Shown here one piece after another: positions 49,191 through 59,800 of a DNA stretch of 64,000 nucleotides (position 1 is the first letter of the stretch; each line of letters opens with the position of its first letter). The notes beneath the pieces were generated by a model. It was given only the letters and a program-made list of their open reading frames with translations, did not search any database and was not told the DNA's origin. A program made the translations under genes and the position numbers. Source of the DNA: Candidatus Cloacimonadales bacterium (GTDB taxonomy: Bacteria > Cloacimonadota > Cloacimonadia > Cloacimonadales > JAFGVF01); contig OY762964.1 in assembly GCA_963667035.1 (NCBI GenBank), positions 2,432,001-2,496,000 of the forward strand. Direction: 5' to 3'.

Positions 49191-49886
49191 ATGAAGAAAG
49201 CACTTTTAGTTATAGTAATTGTCTCATCGGTATTATTGCTTAATGCAAGCATATTCAATATCGGCAAGTGGTTTAGAAATAATAAAGGGATTAAGAACTA
49301 TCATAAAGGTGATTTTGTTAAAGCTGAGAAGAACTTTAATGAGAATGCTGTTAAAGACCCAACAGACCCAAGACTTCAGTACAATCTTGGTAATGCATAT
49401 TACAAAAATAAAAAAGTTGATGAAGCTTTATCTGCTTATCAAACAGCTTTAAAAAATTCAAAATGTGAAAATAAAGACGAAGTGCTTATGAATGTTGGTA
49501 ATGTCTTCTATAATAATAAAGATTATGAAAAGGCCTTAGAATCCTATAAGCACGCCTTATGGGAAAATCCTGATAATGAGGACGTAAAAGTTAATTATGA
49601 ATTAGCCAAGGAAATGCTAAAACAACAACAGCAACAACAACAGCAAAAGCAAGATCAGAACCAAGAAAAGAATAAAAAAGATAACAAAGAAGAGAATAAG
49701 CAACAAAAACAAGATAAGCAAGAAGATAAAAAAGAGAAAGAAGAGCAACAAATGTCTCAAGAGGAAAAAGAGAAGCAGAAAGAGGCAGAAGCTCAACTTA
49801 AAGCTCTACAAGAACAAGAACAAAACGATCAGAAAGAAAAGAAAAAAGCCATTCAGAATGGCAGAGCAAGAGGTCGTTGGTGGTAA
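49191..49886 (+). CDS. batC: BatC TPR protein with a Q/K/E-rich tail
   Basis: Signal peptide, TPRs (YNLGNAYY, NVGNVFY), poly-Q region, terminal WW. Confidence 0.82.
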   Translation: MKKALLVIVIVSSVLLLNASIFNIGKWFRNNKGIKNYHKGDFVKAEKNFNENAVKDPTDPRLQYNLGNAYYKNKKVDEALSAYQTALKNSKCENKDEVLMNVGNVFYNNKDYEKALESYKHALWENPDNEDVKVNYELAKEMLKQQQQQQQQKQDQNQEKNKKDNKEENKQQKQDKQEDKKEKEEQQMSQEEKEKQKEAEAQLKALQEQEQNDQKEKKKAIQNGRARGRWW

Positions 49887-49959
49887 AACTTGTAAAAAAT
49901 ACTTGTCGTGAAAGATTATTTCTAAAGATTTCCAAACATTAATATTAAAGAGAAGTCAT

Positions 49960-51759
49960 ATGAAAAAAATATATATCGTTTTATTATTAGTATCGCTACT
50001 AATTCCATTGTTTGCAGGTGATTTGAAAGTTGCAACAAGTGTTAATAGTAGTACTATTGGCTTACAAGATGTTCTAACTTTCAAAGTAATAGTATCTGGA
50101 GAAGATGCTAATAAAATTGATACTCCATCTTTACCTGACATAAAAGGTTTTGCTTTTAGAAGTGTTAATAACTCTGTAAGTTCATCTTTTAGCTTTGTTA
50201 ATGGAAAATCATCGTCTAGTTTTACGAAAACTTTTACATACACATTAATCCCTAAAGAAAAGGGAATGTTCACTATACCTCCGGTTAAGCTTTCTCACAA
50301 TAACGAGAACTTTGAAACGAAGCCATTACAAGTGAAAGTGATTGAAGGTACTACAAATACTAGTAAATCTAGAACTCGTAGATCACAATCCATATTTGAT
50401 AACTTCTATGATGAGACTTCTCAGCAGTCTAGCAATGATGGAGAGATTTTTATCGTTGCTGAACCAGATAAGAAATCTGTTTTTAAAGGCGAACCAATTA
50501 ATGTAACTTACAATCTTTACACAAACCAAGAACTTTCAGGCTTATCAATTTCTGATGAGAAAGACCATCCCGGATATGGGAAAGAGGAAACCTATACTGC
50601 AAGTGAGCTTAGATTTAGTATTAAGGATTATAAGGGACAAAATTATAGAGCTTTAACTATTAAAAAAGTTAGACTCATGCCTAACATTACGGGGAAGATA
50701 ACAGTACCGACACTTGAGTTAGAAGCAAGACTAGGACTCGATATCGGTAGCTTTTGGTCGATGGGCTCCCCTCAAAGAAAGATAATAAGAAATGCACCTG
50801 TAAACATTCAAGTAAAAGACTTACCATCTGATGGAAAACCTGCTTCCTTCAATGGAGCAGTAGGTAAGTTTAAACTAAATGCAGAAATAAACTCATTGGA
50901 TATTAAAGCAGGTGATTCTTTCCAATATACACTAACAATAACTGGAGAAGGAAATATTTCTAACTTCTCTGCTCCAGAGTTTCCAGAATTACAAAATATG
51001 CGCGTTATGAGCCCTGAAATTCAGAATGAGGATATTAACACTAAAAATGCTACAAAGTCCGTAAAATACCTTGTTATTGCCCAAGAAAAGGGTATTTATA
51101 ATATACCGACTATTGAATTCTCTTATTTTGATTCTTCACTCAAAAGCTATATCACTCTTAATACAAAAGAGTTTACATTGAATGTGAAAGAAGGCGATCA
51201 AAGATTCGGTAATGCTGCAGGATATGTTCAAAGTGTTGTAAATCTTGAAGGAAGAGATATAGATTATATAGTCCAAACGAAAAAGATTATGAACTTCAGA
51301 CCTTTATATTCTTCAGCGTTTTACTGGTTACTTATACTACTTATTATTATCAGCTTACCTATAACCTATTATTTTGTTCAACAACAAGATAGGTTGGCAG
51401 GAAACTCTGATTTATTAAGGCAAAAGAATGCTTCTAAAATACTTAAAAAATATCTTAATCTTGCATCCCAGCATGCTAGTAACAAGCATGCTGATTTCTA
51501 TGCCACTGCTCAGAATGGTCTCACAAAATACTTAACAGATAAACTAAGAATTCATATGGGATTAAAAACGGATGACATATTAGATAGCATGAGAAAGCAA
51601 GATATTCCAGAACAACTGATTAATAGCGTTGATGCTTTCTTTAAGACTTGTAACCAAGCCCGATTTATGCCAGGTGGTACTTCTCCAAAACAAATCAGCA
51701 GTGACTATGAAATCTTAAAGAAACTAGTGCAAGATATTAGCAGATTAAAACTAAAATAA
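49960..51759 (+). CDS. batD: BatD protein
   Basis: Signal peptide, SFVNG, FTIPP, VFKGEP, GAVGKF, late TM, ARFMP. Confidence 0.85.
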   Translation: MKKIYIVLLLVSLLIPLFAGDLKVATSVNSSTIGLQDVLTFKVIVSGEDANKIDTPSLPDIKGFAFRSVNNSVSSSFSFVNGKSSSSFTKTFTYTLIPKEKGMFTIPPVKLSHNNENFETKPLQVKVIEGTTNTSKSRTRRSQSIFDNFYDETSQQSSNDGEIFIVAEPDKKSVFKGEPINVTYNLYTNQELSGLSISDEKDHPGYGKEETYTASELRFSIKDYKGQNYRALTIKKVRLMPNITGKITVPTLELEARLGLDIGSFWSMGSPQRKIIRNAPVNIQVKDLPSDGKPASFNGAVGKFKLNAEINSLDIKAGDSFQYTLTITGEGNISNFSAPEFPELQNMRVMSPEIQNEDINTKNATKSVKYLVIAQEKGIYNIPTIEFSYFDSSLKSYITLNTKEFTLNVKEGDQRFGNAAGYVQSVVNLEGRDIDYIVQTKKIMNFRPLYSSAFYWLLILLIIISLPITYYFVQQQDRLAGNSDLLRQKNASKILKKYLNLASQHASNKHADFYATAQNGLTKYLTDKLRIHMGLKTDDILDSMRKQDIPEQLINSVDAFFKTCNQARFMPGGTSPKQISSDYEILKKLVQDISRLKLK

Positions 51760-51769
51760 AGGAGCTATC

Positions 51770-52537
51770 ATGAAGAGATTAATTTTATTATCATTTCTAT
51801 TTGTTTACCTCACATTAAGTGCAGTAACTCTTCCTGATAATGCCTTATTTATATCAGGTAATGACGCATATGCAGAAAAAGACTTTGATAAAGCTTTAGA
51901 TTCTTATAATCAGCTAATTGAAAGAGGTATAGAAAATGCTGACCTCTATTATAATATTGGCAATTGCTATTTTAGAAAGAGTAAATTGGGACCTGCAATT
52001 TTGAACTATAAGAGAGCATTAAGAATAGACTCATCACATAAACTTGCAAGAAGAAATCTACGTTTTACACTCTCATTAACAAAGGATAAACAAGAAGATA
52101 ACTCAAACGGTTTCATTGGTAGCCTTTGGTCTAAACTATTCAGTTTCTTTAATCTTAATAGAAGCCTGTTTATTAATCTTGCATTATTAACAATGATTGT
52201 AAGTATGATTGTTTTGATACTAATAAGATATAGGCATAGAGAGAAATCAGTTCCAATTTTTGTTTTAACTATTTTAATCCTATTTTTCTCAATGAGTTTG
52301 ATAATCAGTATAGCAAGAATTAGTAGTTATTCAAGTCATAAACCTGCTGTGTTAATGAGTGAATCAACAATTGGATATAGCGGACCTGGAGAAGATTTTT
52401 CTAGAGTATTCACTATTCATGAAGGCATGAATCTTATTCTTGAAGAATTTCAAAAAGACTGGACTCTAGTTAAATTGCCTAATGGTTTAGGTGGATGGAT
52501 TCCCAATAATACATATTTGCTTGTTAACCCCAGATAA
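51770..52537 (+). CDS. batE: BatE TPR-SH3 protein
   Basis: TPR (YYNIGNCYFR), two TMs, SH3-like GP...IHEG...GWI. Confidence 0.85.
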   Translation: MKRLILLSFLFVYLTLSAVTLPDNALFISGNDAYAEKDFDKALDSYNQLIERGIENADLYYNIGNCYFRKSKLGPAILNYKRALRIDSSHKLARRNLRFTLSLTKDKQEDNSNGFIGSLWSKLFSFFNLNRSLFINLALLTMIVSMIVLILIRYRHREKSVPIFVLTILILFFSMSLIISIARISSYSSHKPAVLMSESTIGYSGPGEDFSRVFTIHEGMNLILEEFQKDWTLVKLPNGLGGWIPNNTYLLVNPR

Positions 52538-52557
52538 TTTCTTAGAATTCGATTAGA

Positions 52558-53136
52558 TTATGAATTATTGTTTAAGAAGAATTCTTTTACATCTTCTCTA
52601 ATTTCTCTAGGAACCAATTTGTCTATACTTTGACCCGAAGCAACACAATCTCTTATTTCGGTTGATGAAATTGGCATAGGAACAATATTAAAAAATGATA
52701 TCTGTTTAGGAAGTCTATTCACATCAACGGGTTTTGCGTCAGGACGAGTAAAGAAGGCAAAATGTACATTTTCAAGCAACCAATTATAATCATGCCATTT
52801 ATGTAATGTTTCCAGAATATCTGCTCCTGCAATAAAGATAAACTCATCCTGAGGATTGTTTTGCTTCAAGCGTATCAATAAGTTTTTAGTAAAACTAACT
52901 CCATATATTGGAGAGTCCATATCAGATACCATAAAATCTGAATATCTATTTACTGTCTTCCTTGTCCATTCATATCTTATATCATAAGGGGTATCATCAG
53001 TTAATTTAGAATGATGCAAGCCGACAGGAACAAACATCACCTTATCGACTTGCAAAAGTTTTATAGCTTGCTTTGCTATATGAATATGACCTAAATGAAT
53101 GGGGTTAAAAGAACCACCTAGTACTGCAATTCTCAC
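52558..53136 (-). CDS. nadD: Nicotinate-nucleotide adenylyltransferase
   Basis: GGSFNPIHLGH, GAD, ISSTEIR. Confidence 0.93.
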   Translation of the reverse strand: MRIAVLGGSFNPIHLGHIHIAKQAIKLLQVDKVMFVPVGLHHSKLTDDTPYDIRYEWTRKTVNRYSDFMVSDMDSPIYGVSFTKNLLIRLKQNNPQDEFIFIAGADILETLHKWHDYNWLLENVHFAFFTRPDAKPVDVNRLPKQISFFNIVPMPISSTEIRDCVASGQSIDKLVPREIREDVKEFFLNNNS

Positions 53137-53138
53137 AC

Positions 53139-53888
53139 TTAGTGATTACCTTCGACTTCCTTGATTTTAAATAGTAGCTTCTTTGCTTTCTTGGCAATCT
53201 TTGTGTCAGGATATCTATCTAACACAACAGCCAAATGGGCTTTAGATATATCATACTGTTTCCAATACTTATAAATGCTTGCTGCTATGAAATGGGAGTT
53301 CATGTCTAATTCATTTGTATTACCTAAGTCCATGATTTCCTGCAGATATAAAAGTGAAGCACTGTAATCCTGCATTTTATAATAAATTCTTCCATTCTCA
53401 TATTTCTTCTTAAGTAACTTATACTGGCATTCTTGGATATACCTTATAGCTTTATCTTTACGCACATCATTGGGGAATCTATCTAAGAAAATATTGAATG
53501 CATTAATTGCAGAATTTGTCTCTTCTTGAGTGTAATGAGATGGTAGAGATTCTTCAAAATAACATACACCTATTCTATAATAAGCATCTGAGATTTTCTC
53601 ATTATCCGGGAAAAGCTTTATCATTTGCTCATATTCTAATCTAGCATCATAGTACTTATCATCTTCATAATAACAATCGGCAAGTTTCATTTGAGCAACA
53701 GAAGTTAGAAGTGTTGTTCTTTCAAAGATAATGTCCTGATAAAGAATTGCAGCTTTAGTATATTTCTTCTTGTTGAAAAGAGCATCGGCTTCAGCCATCT
53801 TTTCCTCAGCAGGTCTGTTATCAACGTTTTTGGAACAAGCAACAAATGTAAAAAGGATAACAAGTATCCAGAATATGTATTTTTTCAT
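53139..53888 (-). CDS. bamD: Outer-membrane protein assembly lipoprotein BamD
   Basis: Lipobox FVAC, TPRs, QEET..AI..F..FL.RFP. Confidence 0.85.
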   Translation of the reverse strand: MKKYIFWILVILFTFVACSKNVDNRPAEEKMAEADALFNKKKYTKAAILYQDIIFERTTLLTSVAQMKLADCYYEDDKYYDARLEYEQMIKLFPDNEKISDAYYRIGVCYFEESLPSHYTQEETNSAINAFNIFLDRFPNDVRKDKAIRYIQECQYKLLKKKYENGRIYYKMQDYSASLLYLQEIMDLGNTNELDMNSHFIAASIYKYWKQYDISKAHLAVVLDRYPDTKIAKKAKKLLFKIKEVEGNH

Positions 53889-53901
53889 ATATGACTCCTA
53901 A

Positions 53902-54399
53902 TTAATCTAGACTCCATAAACCAAAGATAAGAGATGCTACTGCTAGAGTAATTATTACAGGTTCATACCATTTGAACCTAATACCAGACTCTGTTCTCTT
54001 TTCATTTGTAAACATCTCTGAAGTTGAGATAAACTCTATCTTATGCGTTTCTATGTCAATTGCTTTAACTGTTATTCGTTGGATATTCTTATTTCTGTGA
54101 TTCAATTCTTGTTGATTTTCCTCCGGAGTAACAATTGATATTGCTATTGATAAGATTAAATCAGACTCGGCGGGTTTTTCATAAACAGTTACATCATTAT
54201 CAATGAGATACTTCTTTATATTATTAACAAGAGTTTTGTTAACATGCTTTCCATTTTTTTCTACGGATATACTTTTCGTTTTTAAGAAATCAATTTTATC
54301 GATAGGAAATAGCTGATTTAAATAACTGCTAGAATCAATACCGAAAACTAATATCGGTAAGATAAAAAGAATAAGTAGGATGACTGTTTTTTTCATCAT
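53902..54399 (-). CDS. Hypothetical exported protein with a C-terminal TM segment
   Basis: Signal-like N-terminus, C-terminal WYEPVIITLAVASLIF; operonic overlap. Confidence 0.6.
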   Translation of the reverse strand: MMKKTVILLILFILPILVFGIDSSSYLNQLFPIDKIDFLKTKSISVEKNGKHVNKTLVNNIKKYLIDNDVTVYEKPAESDLILSIAISIVTPEENQQELNHRNKNIQRITVKAIDIETHKIEFISTSEMFTNEKRTESGIRFKWYEPVIITLAVASLIFGLWSLD

Positions 54400-55184
54400 T
54401 CAAGGCTTTTTAAAAATTGGTCTACTTTATACATTCTTTCATATTCTGGATAGAATCTTTTGATACTGTTTAATGTAGATTGGGCTTCCTCAGATTTCTC
54501 CAGTTTTATTTCACATAAGGCTACTTTGAATTTTGCATCTGGAGATTTTAATGATTCTGGATAATTTTCTTCAACTTTATTAAATTCTCTAATAGCCTTT
54601 TCATAGTCATCAGCATCATAATAAATCTCTCCGATCCAGTATTGTGAGTTTGCTGCAAGCTTATGTCTAGGGAAATCCCTTAGAAAATTATTAAATCCGG
54701 CAAGGGCCTCTTGTAGTTTGTTAGCATCATAGTTTTTCTTGGCATCACTATAAATTAGTTCAGGGCTTGCTGAGACTCTGGAATCGACTTTGGAACTATA
54801 TGTCTTGTTTCTTTGGACATGTTTATTCCCAGTTCTTTCTTGAAGTGAGAGGATAGCTTCAGCATCAGATTCCGCTGATTCAAGTAAAAATGAAATTCTA
54901 TTGCTATGAAATTCGACTTGATTATTTAGTTTAATCAAGTCTGAATGTAACTTCTTAATCTCCTCTGAGTCTTCTCCATTATGAGGGATATTAGCCAATT
55001 GTTGATCCATCTCATCAAGCCTGGTGTTAATGGATATTATATCATTCTCTAATAGATAAATCTTGCTCTTAGTATCACGGATTTCTTGTGAGTTTCTTTG
55101 TACATATTCACTGTTAGTGGCACATCCGGTAAAGAAACTAATTGTAACAGTATATAATATAATAGCAATTAAGTTTTTATTCAT
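54396..55184 (-). CDS. cpoB: CpoB/YbgF-like TPR lipoprotein
   Basis: Lipobox FTGC, coiled coil, LAANSQYWIGEIYY, KSPDAKFK. Confidence 0.82.
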   Translation of the reverse strand: MNKNLIAIILYTVTISFFTGCATNSEYVQRNSQEIRDTKSKIYLLENDIISINTRLDEMDQQLANIPHNGEDSEEIKKLHSDLIKLNNQVEFHSNRISFLLESAESDAEAILSLQERTGNKHVQRNKTYSSKVDSRVSASPELIYSDAKKNYDANKLQEALAGFNNFLRDFPRHKLAANSQYWIGEIYYDADDYEKAIREFNKVEENYPESLKSPDAKFKVALCEIKLEKSEEAQSTLNSIKRFYPEYERMYKVDQFLKSLE

Positions 55185-55206
55185 GATAACTCCATTAAAT
55201 GAAAAT

Positions 55207-55230
55207 GGAAGGTACTATATCGTACCTTCC
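55207..55230. terminator. Hairpin downstream of the aminopeptidase gene
   Basis: GGAAGGTAC-N6-GTACCTTCC. Confidence 0.55.
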
Positions 55231-55241
55231 TGTTAAATTGA

Positions 55242-56651
55242 TTATGCTTTGTTAAGAAAAGTCTTGTAAGCTTTATATGTACTATATAGGTCAGCCTTAC
55301 TACACATTTCATAAAGAGAATGCATTCCTAATAATGGTGTACCGCAATCAATTACTTCAGCACCATCTTTTGCAAGGATGTATGCTATTGTTCCTCCGCC
55401 ACCAACATCTACATTTCCTAATGATCCCATTTGCCAGAAGGTCTTCCCTTCTTCAAAAATATTAATTACTTTTGCAGTAAATTCAGCATTAGCATCATTA
55501 CTTCCGCTTTTTCCTCCTGAACCTGTAAACTTGCAAATGTTAACACCATACCCCATCATTGGAGCATTCTGTTTTTCATGAACACCTGGATAATTTGGAT
55601 TAATACCTGCTGATACATCTGCGGAAAGAATATTAGTTTTAATAATTGTCTTACGTAATTTGTAATCGGTGCATTCTTCACCAGTCTGAACAATCAAATC
55701 ACCAATGAAATCTTTTAAAAAGATTGAATGAGCTCCTGTATTACCTACGCTACCGATCTCTTCTTTGTCTGCGAAATAGATTACTGAAGTTCTTTCAGGT
55801 GTCCCTTTACTATCTAATAGAGCCATCAAGGATGTGTATGCACAGATTCTATCATCTTGTCCATAACCTAAGACAAAACTTCTATCTATTCCGCAATCTC
55901 TTGCTTTTCCAGCAGGAACAACTTCTAATTCTGCAGAAATAAAATCGGCCTCAATTATTCCATACTTCTCATTGAGTAGTTTCATTGCATTCTTCTTCAT
56001 TGCATTCTTTTCTTTCTCATCTGAGACTGGAATGGCACTGAATACTAAGTTCATATTTCTAGCAGCAATAGCATCTCCAAGCTGTTTTGAATATTGCTCT
56101 TTTCTTGCTAAATGAGGAAGTAAATCCGGAATACAAAAAACTGGATCAGTATCATCTTCTCCTATACTGACATTAACAACTGTACCGTCTTTTTTTACTA
56201 TAACACCATGGAGGGCAAGAGGAGTTGATACCCATTGGTACTTTTTAATTCCACCATAATAATGTGTTCTCATCATTCCGAGCCCAGTTGAACCATCTTC
56301 AAACAGTGGATTCTGCTTTAAATCAACTCTCGGTGCATCTACATGTGATGCTATTACATTAACACCTTCGGTAATTGGTTTCTTTCCAATTACTGCAAAG
56401 GCAATTGATTTACCACGGAATGTTGCAAAAACTTTCTTAGTATTCTTTGTTTTTAGTATCTCTTTGAATCCGTTTTCTTTTAAAATTTCTACAGTACGAT
56501 TAATAGATTCTCGTTCTGTTTTGCATTCATCTAAGAATTTCTTATAATCTTCAGCAAAATCTAAGGCTGATTGTTGCTCTGTAGCTGAAGCTTTCTTCCA
56601 GAAATAATGGCGTTCATAAAGTAAATTGTCGTTCTGTTTCTTAGTTGCCAT
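55242..56651 (-). CDS. M18-family aminopeptidase
   Basis: SHVDAPR, YYGGIKKYQW, GQDDR, KEEIGS, SADV, GGGTI, MHS. Confidence 0.93.
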   Translation of the reverse strand: MATKKQNDNLLYERHYFWKKASATEQQSALDFAEDYKKFLDECKTERESINRTVEILKENGFKEILKTKNTKKVFATFRGKSIAFAVIGKKPITEGVNVIASHVDAPRVDLKQNPLFEDGSTGLGMMRTHYYGGIKKYQWVSTPLALHGVIVKKDGTVVNVSIGEDDTDPVFCIPDLLPHLARKEQYSKQLGDAIAARNMNLVFSAIPVSDEKEKNAMKKNAMKLLNEKYGIIEADFISAELEVVPAGKARDCGIDRSFVLGYGQDDRICAYTSLMALLDSKGTPERTSVIYFADKEEIGSVGNTGAHSIFLKDFIGDLIVQTGEECTDYKLRKTIIKTNILSADVSAGINPNYPGVHEKQNAPMMGYGVNICKFTGSGGKSGSNDANAEFTAKVINIFEEGKTFWQMGSLGNVDVGGGGTIAYILAKDGAEVIDCGTPLLGMHSLYEMCSKADLYSTYKAYKTFLNKA

Positions 56652-56823
56652 TTAATTCTCCTTTATACATTTATTTTCTTCATAATCTCTAAAGGTATTA
56701 ATTAGTGCATATTTATAATTTATGTCATATAATCAATGAAAAAATAGAGGTCAACAAAAAACATTGTTTTTGCTGAATTGTCTTGAAATATTATGTATGA
56801 TATGCTTATATTGTTTAATTGAA

Positions 56824-56851
56824 AAGGGTCTGCTGTATTCGGCAGACCCTT
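56824..56851 (-). terminator. Intrinsic terminator
   Basis: AAGGGTCTGC...GCAGACCCTT followed by U residues on the minus strand. Confidence 0.75.
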
Positions 56852-56870
56852 ATATTCTATTATTCCGATA

Positions 56871-59800
56871 TTATTTCATCAGAATCATTTTCTTTGATCT
56901 AGTGTAAGAACCCGAGTTCATCTTGTAGAAGTATACACCACTGGATACTTGAGTTCCATTGGAATCTTTACCATCCCATACGATTGAGTGACGACCGGCA
57001 TTGTAATCTCCATCTGTAACTCTTGCTACTCTCTGACCCTTTATGTTATATATGTCGATTGTAACCAATGCATTATCTTTGAGATCAAAACTGATTGTTG
57101 TCTCAGGATTGAATGGGTTTGGATAGTTACCGCAAAGTGATGTTCTGTCGGGCATTACTACAGGATTCTCGCCTCCGAGTACGGCACCATCATTCATTAT
57201 CTGTATATCATCAATCATCATGAAGAAAGTTTGTTCGGATACACAGTTAAAAGCTACTCGAATTAACTCTTCTTGATAATCACTCAAATCAATCTCAAAG
57301 TTTGTCCATTCAAGAGGTAAATCAAGAGGGTTATCTCCTGAAATAACTGTGAAGTCTGATGGGTTTGTACTACCTGAAGAAACAAGTACTTTTAGTTGTT
57401 CAGGACCAAATTGTGTTGTGTATGAACGAGCCTTAAAGGATAATGTCGCAACTTCATTGGACATCTGAATCTTAGGTGTAATCATCCAGTCATCATTTGA
57501 ACCTGAATCTGCTGAAAAACATGCTCCATACCTATCTCCACTATAAGCATCGGCAAATTGAAGTGGTGGCACGGTTCCACTTGGATTAAAAACAATAAAT
57601 GACATTGGATCCGTTTCTCCAGGGAAATTTATCCCATTGGTGAATCCAAATGTATCTTCTCCATCTACATCGAGAAGAGTCCAATACTGCATTTCAGTCG
57701 CAAAGTCTTCATAACCTTCAAAATCTTCGGCGATTACTGGTGGATCGACTCCTATGAAAGTAACCATGATTGAATCACATGCAGGTGACTCTCCGGTAGG
57801 ACCACTATAAAGAGCTGTTACCTTATATTCATAAGTCTGATTGAGTACAACATCCTGATCAAGATAGAAATAAGTTGGTACAGTCTCAGAATTGATTACG
57901 ACATCATCTCTATATACATTGTAACCGACAAGATCTCTTGTTGCTATTGAAGGACCTGTCCAAGAAAGTTCTACTCCTTGATATGTTATATTATAATCAA
58001 GAGATGTAGGAGGATCAAATCCTACTGGTGGTTCATGATTGTCTGTTGTTACAAAAAGAGCATAATCTCCTGTTGCCCAACGACTGGTTCTACCATTTTT
58101 CTTAACTGCTCTTTCTGATACAGGAACATTATCAAATCTCGATATTCTAAGATAATAGAAACCGGACTCTGTGATATCTGCATCAATATAAGGATTCATG
58201 CTATCTGACCAACTGTCATCATCAAAAGCAAAAGAAGTAAATTCATCAACATTTGCCCCCAAATCGTTATAAGGTCCATATAAGAAAGCTGTTAAATCTA
58301 TTGTAGATCCTTCAATATTCTCTGTATGAATCTCAAGGTTAGCAGGAGCTGCCTGCCAGAATACATACCAGTCAACATCTGCTTCCGGTTCTATTACTGC
58401 TACATAGTCAACACAATCTAGTGCTATCTCGATTGCATCATCTGAGCTCTCATTATTGTCTGCCGTGTAAGCATAACCATGTAATGGAATCTCATGAATT
58501 TCTCTATCCTCTGTTACATTATCGACTATTGTCAACATTGCTTGTTTATGTCCTTCGGAAGTTGGAGCGAAATAGATGTCGAAGTCAACTTCTCCGAATT
58601 GTGGAATGTTGATTGGATAGGTATTATCATCAGATAATGAGAACTGATCAGCATTATCTCCACCTAAAACTATAGCCGGATCAATAACTGCATCTTGGTT
58701 GCCAAAGTTAGCAATTCTAATATTATAAGCAACAGAAGTTGAACCAACGTTTTCAACGCCAAAGTCAACATTAAGAGCACTGATTATAACATAGGGGCCA
58801 TCACTTGGTGGAATCATAAAGAATCTAGTATTAGGAATTACCGAACTAACTGTTCCTGTTGGTGGTGCGTTAGGATCAGGATTCGTTGTGTCGCTGTAGT
58901 AAAGTATACTTTTTGTATCTGTAACTGTAGTACAATAAAATTCTTCATCACTATCGCCATAACCACTCATATTCTCTTCAACAGCTATAACAAGATTAGA
59001 CATTCCGTCATAGAAGAACATGTTATCTAGTGGAAAGTCTATCCAACCCGCACCATCAGGAGGTGTAATTGTTGCATTGTACACCATTGTAAGATCTTCA
59101 ATTGGAATCCAAGAATCTCCATCAACATAACTGTCGTTAGTAGTGGTTCCCATGTAAATAACCCAATCAACACTTTCTTCTAGTACACCCGTACCATTAT
59201 AATTATATGATATAGAGTTTATGAAACCTGCTGATTCCATTTCTTCAGCTGTGTAGATGGACTGAGAATATGTATAACCATAGAATGGTTCGATAGGTAA
59301 ATGTTGATTTATTTCAGTTCCATCACCAACGATTACCATTCCTTCAGGTCTTGTAATAAGAGACCATACCGGACAATTTACTGCATCACCAACAAAGTTA
59401 TATGGTGTAATCTGCCAATAATATGTTGTTTCATATTCTAATGTTGTTGCTACATCATATGAAGTAGCCAATCCAACATCAACATTATCTAAAACATCTG
59501 TTGGAGGATTATCTGTTCCTAAAGAAATCTTATATCCATCTGGGTAATTAGTTGCAGGATCCCATTCAAAGTGAGGAGTTATACTCAAAAACTCTGACGC
59601 ATCAAGCGGAGCAACCAATGTTGTTGCTAGTGGTACATCATTAAATGTAGTAAATGACCATACAGGGCAATTTACTGCATTGCCGATAGCGTTATAAGGT
59701 ATTACCTGCCAATAATATTGAACACCAGCAGAGAGAGCTGGATAATCTATAACTGTTAAGCTACCGACATCCTGCATATTAAATATATCTGTTGGAGGAT

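Noticed and set aside
49620..49830. CAA/CAG-rich low-complexity tract
   Set aside because: Ordinary Q/K/E-rich linker of BatC proteins.
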